From a bacterium (lineage in GTDB: Bacteria > SAR324 > XYD2-FULL-50-16): a DNA stretch of 64,000 nt. Shown in pieces: positions 37,386 through 46,942 of this stretch. Within the stretch, counting starts at the first letter, position 1. Each line of letters begins with the position of its first letter. The stretch spans positions 134,402 to 198,401 of the forward strand of contig JAVVEA010000005.1 in the NCBI GenBank assembly GCA_032250835.1. Direction: 5' to 3'. The position numbers and the translations under genes are program-made. Below the pieces are notes generated by a model. The model ran no database searches. It worked only from the letters and a program-made list of their open reading frames with translations, and had not been told where the DNA came from.

Positions 37386-39411
37386 CCACCAGCCTACCCT
37401 CAAGCGCATCCTTACGGTAGAAGACGATCAGGCGCTAAGACTCAACCTAGCCGGTTACCTTGAAGACTGCGGTTACGAGGTGATCGAGGCTGGCGACGGT
37501 AAGGCCGGTCTCGCCGCTTACCAGGAGCACCACCCCGATTTGGTCTTGGTGGACCTGCACATGCCCGAAATGGACGGCGTCTCTCTGCTGCAGCAGCTTT
37601 CGGCGCTCAGTGACGAAACCCCGCTGATTGTGGTGTCCGGCGCTAGTGACATCAACGAAGCCATCGCCGCTACCCAATCAGGGGCTTGGGATTTTGTGCT
37701 CAAGCCGCTCAAGGACATGAAGAGCTTAGAATCGGTGATCGCCCGCTCCTGGGACCGCGCCTGCTTGGTGATGGAAAACCGTCGTTACCAAGACCACCTT
37801 GAAGATGAGGTCAACAGCCGCACCCTTGAGCTAAGCGCGGCGAACCAAGAATTGCAGGCGAACCGTGAGTTACTGGCCAATGCCGAGCGGATCGCCAAGC
37901 TGGGCTCTTGGAGCTGGCAGCCCCAATCGGGCCAGCTGCGTTGGTCCGAAGAACTGTTTGAAATCTTAGGGTTGCCCAATACCGCCGTACCGGAGATGCA
38001 GGCCGTGTTGGACCGAATCCCCGAAGAAGAACGGATCCTCTTCCAAGCGGCACTCGACGAGTTGGGCCAAAAAGGTGGGCAAATAAAAATTGAGCACCGA
38101 ATCCAAGCCCCCGATGGCGGTTTAAGGGTTCTGCTGCACCAAGCCAAAGCCGCCGGGGACCCCTTGGGTTCGAGGCTTGACGGGGTGGCCCTGGACATCA
38201 CCGACCGGCGCCTGATGGAAGATGAATTGCGCGGTGCCAAGGAAGCGGCCGAAGCGGCCAGTCAAGCCAAAAGCAACTTCATGGCGACCATGAGCCACGA
38301 ACTGCGCACCCCCTTAAATGGGGTGATTGGGATGGCTCAGCTGATCCAGTCCGAAAGTACCGAAGAAGAAGTGCGCCACTGGGCTCAGGTGATTTTAACT
38401 TCCGGCAATGCGTTGTTGAGGATCATTGACGAGATATTGGACCTGACTAAGATCGAACGTGGTCAGTTGGACTTACTAGATGAGCCCTTTGAGTTGCATA
38501 GCTATCTAGAGAACCTCACCGAACTCTTCGGGGCCACCGCAAAGGCCAAGCGGCTGGAATTTGCCCTTGAAATCGGGCATGACATACCCCAGTGGGTGGT
38601 GGGGGACGCCGACCGCCTGACCCAAGTCCTGACCAATCTCTTAGGTAACGCCTTTAAATTCACCCAAGAGGGAAGTATTTCCCTTTCTTGCCTGTTGGAA
38701 AAATCCGAGGAGGAGCAGGTTTGGCTGCGTTTTAAAGTCCGTGATACGGGCGTCGGGGTACCTTTGGAGTTGCGCGAAGTGATCTTTGAGCCCTTTGTGC
38801 AAGCCGAAATGACCAGCACCCGCCGCTTTGGCGGCCTGGGCCTAGGGCTTTCGATTGTCCGCCACCTTGTCTCACGATTGCAAGGCAGCCTAACGATGAC
38901 TTCGGAACCGGGCAAGGGTAGTTGCTTTGAGGTCCTTTTACCCTTAAAGCTAATTGGCGAGATTCTCCCGCTCACCCAAGCAGACGCCAAAGCCCCAGGC
39001 GGCTTACCTATCCACCAAATGCCCCTTCGTGTCTTGGTGGCCGAGGACGACCAAATCAACCAAGATGTGATCAGCGCGCTACTCAACCATATGCATTGCC
39101 AAGTCCAGACGGTTAACAATGGGCAAGAGGCCGTCGAAGCCTTTGAACAAGCCAACTACGACTTAGTCCTATTGGACCTATTGATGCCGCTGATGGATGG
39201 CTACGAGACCGTTCGGCGTATGCGCGCCGTTGAGTCGCAGCAGAGCCGCCGACCTTTGCCGATCTATGCGGTCAGCGCGAAAACCGGAAGTGAAGAGGAA
39301 AGCCGCTGCATCGAGGCGGGTATGAATGGTTATATCTGCAAGCCTATCGGACTCACTCGGTTGAGTGAGGTGATCCGCGAGGCCCAATCTTACCGAAAAC
39401 AGGAGGTTTAA
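37375..39411 (+). CDS. Hybrid histidine kinase (REC-PAS-HisKA-HATPase-REC)
   Basis: VEDD..DLHMP, SHELRTPLN, GLGLGLSI, AEDD..DLLMP..KP. Confidence 0.93.
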   Translation: MQINHQPTLKRILTVEDDQALRLNLAGYLEDCGYEVIEAGDGKAGLAAYQEHHPDLVLVDLHMPEMDGVSLLQQLSALSDETPLIVVSGASDINEAIAATQSGAWDFVLKPLKDMKSLESVIARSWDRACLVMENRRYQDHLEDEVNSRTLELSAANQELQANRELLANAERIAKLGSWSWQPQSGQLRWSEELFEILGLPNTAVPEMQAVLDRIPEEERILFQAALDELGQKGGQIKIEHRIQAPDGGLRVLLHQAKAAGDPLGSRLDGVALDITDRRLMEDELRGAKEAAEAASQAKSNFMATMSHELRTPLNGVIGMAQLIQSESTEEEVRHWAQVILTSGNALLRIIDEILDLTKIERGQLDLLDEPFELHSYLENLTELFGATAKAKRLEFALEIGHDIPQWVVGDADRLTQVLTNLLGNAFKFTQEGSISLSCLLEKSEEEQVWLRFKVRDTGVGVPLELREVIFEPFVQAEMTSTRRFGGLGLGLSIVRHLVSRLQGSLTMTSEPGKGSCFEVLLPLKLIGEILPLTQADAKAPGGLPIHQMPLRVLVAEDDQINQDVISALLNHMHCQVQTVNNGQEAVEAFEQANYDLVLLDLLMPLMDGYETVRRMRAVESQQSRRPLPIYAVSAKTGSEEESRCIEAGMNGYICKPIGLTRLSEVIREAQSYRKQEV

Positions 39412-39980
39412 TGAATTTCAGAAATCTATTCCTGGCGGTGGCCCTGTTGCTCTTCGCAAGCCCCCTCTGGGCCGAAGAAACACCCACAAAAAGCGCCGAG
39501 GAGTGTTACGCCACCTTCAAGGCCCGTTACACCCCCGAATCGGTAGTCCAGCTAGCCAGAGCCGCAGCCAACCATGTAGCAGAAAAGGGCGAAGAGGCCC
39601 TGTCTGATTATCTATCCATCAACCCCCGAAGCTGGCCCGATCCGCCCTATTCTCCGCCGATCACCATCATGCGCTGCGACAACATGAGCTCGGCCGCATT
39701 TTTTCTCCCCCAGGTCTTTGAGGCGCTCAAAAAACCGGGTATGTTAAAAAAGTTTCAAGATGCCGAAGGCCAACACACCTTTTTTAACCTCTGTAAAAAG
39801 GTCCAGGGTAAAGACCAAGCCGCTTGGGTGATGCAGACCCACTTTTGGACCGGTTGCGAAGGCCCCCTGCGGATGGGTGTATTGGGGATCAAGGTTCCGG
39901 GAACCCCTTATATGATCCAGTCTTCCCTGCCCTCTGCGGAGCTCAGTTTGGAAGACTTTGAGAAAACGATCGTGAAATAA
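39411..39980 (+). CDS. Secreted/periplasmic protein, possibly Cache-like
   Basis: AGGAGG RBS; signal peptide; AANHVAEKG.EAL and FQDAEG patterns. Confidence 0.6.
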   Translation: MNFRNLFLAVALLLFASPLWAEETPTKSAEECYATFKARYTPESVVQLARAAANHVAEKGEEALSDYLSINPRSWPDPPYSPPITIMRCDNMSSAAFFLPQVFEALKKPGMLKKFQDAEGQHTFFNLCKKVQGKDQAAWVMQTHFWTGCEGPLRMGVLGIKVPGTPYMIQSSLPSAELSLEDFEKTIVK

Positions 39981-40164
39981 TCTTGCTAATGTTAACTTTT
40001 GATGAATTCTGTTGGGGTGCCTGCGCTGCCCCTTGTGGTTCCCATAGTGATAACTTATAATTGGCTACAGGCATCGTGGGCAATGTGGTTCTCGATGCTG
40101 TAAGCGCCTCAAAGCGGACACTCCCCGGACCTTTGAGGAGAACCCAATCAATTAAGTTTTTGAT

Positions 40165-41265
40165 ATGAAGCTGAGCAACCGATGGAACCAAGCGATCTTC
40201 ACCGCTTGTATACTGGGCCTGATCTCCATAGCTGGATGTAACAAAGCAGCCGAAACCCAGCAAGAAACGACCAGCCCCAAAGACCCACTGATCGAAAAGG
40301 CCTTAGGACAGTTTCAGCCCCTACCGGACCAAGCACCGGCTTTGGCGGGCAACCCTATGAGCGAAGCCCGTCTGGATCTGGGCAAAAAGCTCTTCTTAGA
40401 CCCCCGCATCTCTTCGAGCCAACTAATCAGTTGCAATACCTGCCACAACCTGGGCACGGGCGGCGTGGACTTGCAAAAGACCAGTACCGGACATGCTTGG
40501 CAACAGGGCCCCCGCAACGCGCCGACGGTGTTGAACTCGGGTCTTTTCAGCCATCAGTTTTGGGATGGACGCGCCGCTGACCTAGAAGCGCAGGCGAAAG
40601 GACCGGTTCAGGCTGGCGTCGAAATGAGCAACACCCCGGCGGTAGTCGAAGCGACCCTCAAGAGCATGCCCGCCTACGTAGAAGCCTTTAAAGCTGCGTT
40701 CCCCGGTGAAGAACAGCCCGTTAGCTTCGACAACTTTGCCAAAGCCGTCGCGCTCTTTGAGTCCACCCTCTTGACGCCTAGCGCTTTTGACCGCTTCTTA
40801 AAGGGCGATGCCCAGGCCCTGGATGCTGAAGCTAAAGAGGGCTTGAACCTCTTCATGGATAAGGGTTGCTCTAGCTGCCATGGCGGCGTGGCCCTCGGTG
40901 GGCAGGGCTTCCAAAAATTCGGCCTGATCAACGCTCCGGAGGCGAAACACCGCCCGGCGGGTGACAAAGGCCGCATGAAGGTTACCGGTGATGCCGCCGA
41001 CGAATACGCTTTCCGCGTACCGACCTTGCGCAACATTGCCGATACCCGCCCCTACTTCCACACGGGATCAGCCCAGACCCTTGCCGAGGCCATTCGGGTG
41101 ATGGGGAAGTCCCAGTTGGGCGTGGACTTGACCGATGAAGAAGTGTCGAAGATCCAGGCCTTCTTAAACAGCCTGAGCGGCCAAGTTGAGGTAACCTACC
41201 CCAACCTACCCAGCTCAAGCGACCAGACGCCTCAGCCCAACCTGAGCGTCGCTAAAGGTCACTAG
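40165..41265 (+). CDS. ccpA: Di-haem cytochrome c peroxidase (lipoprotein)
   Basis: CNTCH and CSSCH haem sites; RNAPTVLN, QFWDGRA, FRVPTLRN; lipobox IAGC. Confidence 0.93.
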   Translation: MKLSNRWNQAIFTACILGLISIAGCNKAAETQQETTSPKDPLIEKALGQFQPLPDQAPALAGNPMSEARLDLGKKLFLDPRISSSQLISCNTCHNLGTGGVDLQKTSTGHAWQQGPRNAPTVLNSGLFSHQFWDGRAADLEAQAKGPVQAGVEMSNTPAVVEATLKSMPAYVEAFKAAFPGEEQPVSFDNFAKAVALFESTLLTPSAFDRFLKGDAQALDAEAKEGLNLFMDKGCSSCHGGVALGGQGFQKFGLINAPEAKHRPAGDKGRMKVTGDAADEYAFRVPTLRNIADTRPYFHTGSAQTLAEAIRVMGKSQLGVDLTDEEVSKIQAFLNSLSGQVEVTYPNLPSSSDQTPQPNLSVAKGH

Positions 41266-41285
41266 GCTTTAAGACTTAAGATTAG

Positions 41286-41322
41286 GCCCCCCGTCAAACT
41301 CCCATTGATGGGGGGCTTTTTT
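41286..41322 (+). terminator. Intrinsic terminator after the peroxidase gene
   Basis: GCCCCCCGTCAA/TTGATGGGGGGC stem followed by T6. Confidence 0.8.
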
Positions 41323-41476
41323 GTCCTCAAGCTCCCTCAGCCCTGTGCCGAGGCTACCTAAGCCTATCTAAACCCGGCCAAAAGCAACCCATACCTTGCC
41401 CAAGTACCCCTTGCTCTAGCCTAGGACCAATCTGCGCAGGCATTAAGCTATACTTTAGCGGAGCCAGCCGGTGAGG

Positions 41477-41869
41477 TTAAGGGCCGCCCCCGTCGCGCCA
41501 ATATCTATTGTAAGCTGGTGGATCATAAAATCGGCGGTGCCCATAGACCTCCACCACTGGCCCCAGGGGGACATCGGCCTCGTGGAAGAGTCGGTCACCG
41601 ATCATCAAGACCCCCCAAAAAAAACCTTCTTGAGCCAGCACCAAACGCCCATAGGCCGAGCCCGTCGGGTAGCTGGGGCTTCGGGGTCCATCGGCAGGGC
41701 TGATCACTTGCTGGAACAGGACCACCGCCTGCTGGCCCAGCCAACTGGGTAAACTCGGTAATTCGAGGGTTTTTGCTGGGGAAGGGATTGCCGGAGGACC
41801 GTTTAGGCCCGCCGCCAGCAGCACAGAGGGAGCAAAGAAAAAACCAACCACCAGCACCCAGGCTTTCAC
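41477..41869 (-). CDS. YidD/DUF37-like protein with N-terminal signal sequence
   Basis: FQQVISP..GPR...YPT.SAY and YDPP motifs. Confidence 0.65.
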   Translation of the reverse strand: MKAWVLVVGFFFAPSVLLAAGLNGPPAIPSPAKTLELPSLPSWLGQQAVVLFQQVISPADGPRSPSYPTGSAYGRLVLAQEGFFWGVLMIGDRLFHEADVPLGPVVEVYGHRRFYDPPAYNRYWRDGGGP

Positions 41870-42219
41870 TGAGCCGCGTCGCTAGTGGCCTCACCCAGCA
41901 CTTGGGCTAATGGGGGCAGGGCCTCTTGGGGGGCCAACAAAATAAATTCGTCTTTGGCGATCATCCCCAACCGTTCGCGGGCCAGGGTTTCTAAATAGGT
42001 GGAGTTATGCCGCAAGCTTGCTAACTTACCGGCCCATTCGAGCTTCTCGCGGCGCAGGGCTTCCAGCTCGGTTTTGAGCTGGCTTTCCTGTTCCTGAATT
42101 CGGCTCAACTGGACCACGCCCTTGTCCCCGATTAGTGACAGCAGAACCACCACCAGCGTCAATAACACCAGTAGTCCTTGGACCACCTTCTTTTCCTTGA
42201 AGGGAAGCTTGCGGCTCAT
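41866..42219 (-). CDS. ftsB: Septum formation initiator (FtsB/DivIC)
   Basis: TM segment, GDKG, coiled coil, LARERLGMI; follows eno. Confidence 0.85.
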   Translation of the reverse strand: MSRKLPFKEKKVVQGLLVLLTLVVVLLSLIGDKGVVQLSRIQEQESQLKTELEALRREKLEWAGKLASLRHNSTYLETLARERLGMIAKDEFILLAPQEALPPLAQVLGEATSDAAQ

Positions 42220-42257
42220 AGGGCTTATCGGGGGCAGGCAGCCTGCCCCCTTGAAGG

Positions 42258-43607
<1,350 letters not shown>

Positions 43608-43670
43608 TTACCGCCTTAAGCTCAAGAAATCAAACCCAAAAGGATCGCTATCGAAAGGCTGCGAGAAGGC

Positions 43671-43700
43671 TTGACCATATGCGGTGGCTCCGATTAGTCT
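43671..43700 (+). promoter_or_regulatory. Putative sigma-70 promoter of the tRNA
   Basis: TTGACC-N18-TAGTCT ending 10 nt before the tRNA. Confidence 0.5.
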
Positions 43701-43710
43701 AGACCACTTG

Positions 43711-43787
43711 GGGCCTATAGCTCAGTTGGTTAGAGCATCCGGCTCATAACCGGACGGTCCCTGGTTCAAGTCCAGGTGGGCCCACCA
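43711..43787 (+). tRNA. tRNA with CAT anticodon, probably Ile2 (lysidine-modified)
   Basis: Cloverleaf: GGGCCTA acceptor stem, TCCGG-CTCATAA-CCGGA anticodon arm, GGTTCAAGTCC T-arm, encoded CCA. C4:G69 and C5:G68 pairs favour Ile2; no initiator features. Confidence 0.9.
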
Positions 43788-43826
43788 TTTCCCCGCCAGG
43801 CTCGGCATGACGACTTCGGAGTAACG

Positions 43827-44582
43827 ATGCAAGATTCCAGTGAGGCCCTCCTCCAGATCGCAGACCTAGACCGACAGATTCTCCACCACCAAAAAGGCTT
43901 AGAAACCCTTCCGGCCAAACGCGCCAAGATCCGCGGCGCTCTCGATCAGGTGGAGACCGAATTAGAAAAAGCCCAGAAAGAACAAAACAACTTGAGCCTA
44001 CAGATCAAGTTGCGCGAGCGTTTGGTTGAATTGGAGAAATCCAAGATCAATGCAGCCAACGAACGCATGATGGGCGTGAACAACCAGAAAGAATACATGG
44101 CGGTCCACCGAGAGATCGACGCTTCGACCCGCACCATCAAAAAGGTAGAAGACCAAATCTTGGCCCTTGAAGAACAGATGGAACCGCTTAAGGAACAAGC
44201 CGCCTCCATCGAAACCCGCCACCAAGAAGAGAGCGGACGCTTCGAGCAGGAAGACCAAGTCTATAAAGACGAAGAAGCCCACTTAAGCGAAAGTATCACC
44301 CAAGCCGAGGCTACCATCAAGGCGCTCAAGCCGAAGGTCGAAGCCGAATTACTCGAAAAATATGAGCGGCTCATGCTGCGCCACTTGATCCCCGCTGCGG
44401 TGGGCATTGATGACGCGTTCTGCGGCGGCTGTGCGGCCAGTATCCGCGCCCAGATTTTCAACGAAATCATCCGGGCCGGGTCCGGGGAGTGCCCCAGTTG
44501 CCGACGCCTCCTTTTTTATCGGCCCAAGGTAGAAGAACCCAAAGCTTCGGATTCAAAAAAATCCGACGCCAAAGCCGGTTAA
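43827..44582 (+). CDS. Coiled-coil C4 zinc-ribbon protein (DUF164/CT398-like)
   Basis: LQIADLD N-terminus, long coiled coil, CGGC...CPSC. ATG 43827 with GGAG RBS. Confidence 0.88.
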   Translation: MQDSSEALLQIADLDRQILHHQKGLETLPAKRAKIRGALDQVETELEKAQKEQNNLSLQIKLRERLVELEKSKINAANERMMGVNNQKEYMAVHREIDASTRTIKKVEDQILALEEQMEPLKEQAASIETRHQEESGRFEQEDQVYKDEEAHLSESITQAEATIKALKPKVEAELLEKYERLMLRHLIPAAVGIDDAFCGGCAASIRAQIFNEIIRAGSGECPSCRRLLFYRPKVEEPKASDSKKSDAKAG

Positions 44583-44600
44583 CCCACCTCAGGACAGCAG

Positions 44601-45890
44601 TTGATCGTCGGTCCGTTAATTCTGGCGCTTTTGATCGCTCTATCCGCTTTTTTTTCGGGTATCGAAAGCGCCTTTATCTCCCTCGGGGAATTCGACCTCT
44701 ATGAGATCGAAAAAACCCGTTCAAAAAACCGCAAGCTCTTAGCGCTCTTAGTATCCAAGCGCGAAAAGCTGTTGTCCACCATTCTAGTAGGCAACAACCT
44801 CGCGAACATCGGTGCCAGTGCGCTGGCGACTGCGCTTGCCATCGACTATGGCCCCGAATTGGGCTATTCGCCGGAGCTTTCGGCGAGTATCGCGGCCATA
44901 TTCTTGACCCTGGTGATCCTGATCTTCGGTGAGGTGACGCCTAAGTCCATCGCCATCTCCCACAACCGCAGCATTGCGCTATTCGTTTCGCCGGTGGTTT
45001 ACCCACTGACCATCCTCTTCTTACCTGCAACTTGGTTGTTGTCTCTGGCTTCAGGGCTTCTGTCCCGTCTGACGGGGGCCCCTTCTTCAAGCCAAACGAT
45101 CAGCGAATCGACAGTGATCACCATGGTGGAAAAGGGCGAAGAATTGGGGGTGATCAACGAGCGGGAACGCCACTTGATCGAAAATGTCTTTTTATTTGAC
45201 GACCGGGAGGTTTATCCGGTGATGACACCGCGCACCCGCGTCTTCGCCTTGCCCGAAGCCAAAACACTAGCCGAAGTCAAGGACCAGTTACTAGAGCGGA
45301 TGTTAACCCGCATCCCGGTTTTTGGGGACTCCTTTGACCACATCACGGGCATCTTAAACCTAAAGGACGCCTTACGCGAACTGATCCAAGGCAACCAAAA
45401 CACCAAGCTCAGCGCATTGGCCCAACGGCCCCACTTTGTCTATGAGACCCAACCGCTCTCGTCGGTGTTAGAAAACTTCCAACATGAGCGCTTGCATTTG
45501 GCGGTTGTGGTCGACGAATTCGGCGGTATGGCCGGGGTGATCACCTTGGAAGATATTTTAGAAGAGCTAGTCGGCGAAATCTTTGACGAAAAAGATACGG
45601 CCACCGCCTTTGTTAAACCCATGGGTGAACACAAATGGCTGGTTTCCGGGCGGCACGACATCGTCACCATCAACCGGCTGATTCCCGGAGAAATCCCCAT
45701 CGAAGGTGATTTTGACAGCTTGCAGGGCATGATCATGTCTCGTTTAGACCATGTCCCCGCCTTAGGTGATCAGGTCCACGAAGGCCCACATAAGTTCACG
45801 GTGATAAAGATGAACAAAAATGAGATCCTTTCGGTGCTGATCGAATACCTCCCCCAATTGGATCAAAGCCGATTGGAGGATCAGGATTAG
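44601..45890 (+). CDS. CNNM/CorC (HlyC) family transporter
   Basis: SAFFSGIE, ILVGNN, FGEVTPK, CBS pair, VVDEFGG. Confidence 0.92.
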   Translation: MIVGPLILALLIALSAFFSGIESAFISLGEFDLYEIEKTRSKNRKLLALLVSKREKLLSTILVGNNLANIGASALATALAIDYGPELGYSPELSASIAAIFLTLVILIFGEVTPKSIAISHNRSIALFVSPVVYPLTILFLPATWLLSLASGLLSRLTGAPSSSQTISESTVITMVEKGEELGVINERERHLIENVFLFDDREVYPVMTPRTRVFALPEAKTLAEVKDQLLERMLTRIPVFGDSFDHITGILNLKDALRELIQGNQNTKLSALAQRPHFVYETQPLSSVLENFQHERLHLAVVVDEFGGMAGVITLEDILEELVGEIFDEKDTATAFVKPMGEHKWLVSGRHDIVTINRLIPGEIPIEGDFDSLQGMIMSRLDHVPALGDQVHEGPHKFTVIKMNKNEILSVLIEYLPQLDQSRLEDQD

Positions 45891-45946
45891 CATTGACTCA
45901 GGCCCTAGCCCACTATACTTTGGGTAAGAACCTTCAGTGATTCCCC

Positions 45947-46939
45947 ATGAAAGCTCTCAAAGTCGCCCTCGTATTCATTTTAGTGGTCAACGCCGGTTGG
46001 TCCCTGCTCAACTGGTTGAGCCCTGATCCAGAACCTATGCCCCCGCTGGCTCCGCCGGCCCAAACGGCCATGGTCCCCGCCGACACGGGTCTTGACCTGC
46101 CCGCTCTGGTAGGCTTGACCAAAGAAATCCGCTCTGGTCAAGAATTGGAGCGCCGCCTCAACGAGAAAGACGGCATCAACAACCTCGACCTGGACGCCAA
46201 CCAAAAGGTGGACTACCTGCAAGTCGAAGAGTTTGGCCAACCCACTGAAGGGGCCATCGGCTACAGCGTCTTCACCGAACCGGCCAAGGACCAACGCCAA
46301 GAGGTCGCCGAAGTGACGGTCCAAAAAAATGGGGACCGGGCCGAAATTCAGGTGATCGGCAACGAACAAATCTACGGCACCGACGCGATTTACAATGACT
46401 GGGCCCCGGTAGAGCGGGAAGTCGCGCAAACCGGACAGAGCGCCGGATCGCCGCCCTACTACCCCAGCTATTTCATGCCGCACCCTTTATGGATATCGCC
46501 CTTCGGGTTTGGTTACTACCCCCCTTATTTTAGTTTCTTCCCGATTCTGGGCCCCTCAATGTACATGAGCCGAGTCACCCACTACCGCTCTGGCGTGGCC
46601 CCAGGTGCAAACCGCCACCAAGCCACCCAAGGCAAAGCGCTCAACAACCCGAACAAGGGCAAATCCGCCGACCAAGGCGTTAAACGTAGCCTCAAGCGGC
46701 CCACCTCAACTCAGCGCCAATTCCAAGCGAGCAGCCGCCGCAACGTCGGCAGCGGAGGTTTTGGTCAAACCAAAGCCCGCGCCAGCGCCCCCAGCAGCAG
46801 CCGCCCGGCATTAGGGCAAGGTTCTAGCGGCGGTTTTGGACGCAATAGCGGCAGTAGCTTCGGACGCTCCAGCGGAGTCTCCAGCCCCTTACGCAGCCCA
46901 TCGACGCGTTCACGCAGCTTCAGCTTTGGCGGTAAATAA
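45947..46939 (+). CDS. Exported hypothetical protein with Gly/Ser/Arg-rich tail
   Basis: N-terminal TM segment; NNLDLDANQKVDYL motif; Pro/Tyr-rich segment; GGFG tail. Confidence 0.75.
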   Translation: MKALKVALVFILVVNAGWSLLNWLSPDPEPMPPLAPPAQTAMVPADTGLDLPALVGLTKEIRSGQELERRLNEKDGINNLDLDANQKVDYLQVEEFGQPTEGAIGYSVFTEPAKDQRQEVAEVTVQKNGDRAEIQVIGNEQIYGTDAIYNDWAPVEREVAQTGQSAGSPPYYPSYFMPHPLWISPFGFGYYPPYFSFFPILGPSMYMSRVTHYRSGVAPGANRHQATQGKALNNPNKGKSADQGVKRSLKRPTSTQRQFQASSRRNVGSGGFGQTKARASAPSSSRPALGQGSSGGFGRNSGSSFGRSSGVSSPLRSPSTRSRSFSFGGK

Positions 46940-46942
46940 TTT

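Noticed and set aside
43711-43830. Island integrated at the tRNA
   Set aside because: No integrase, and I saw no duplicated tRNA 3' end; a conserved gene follows directly.
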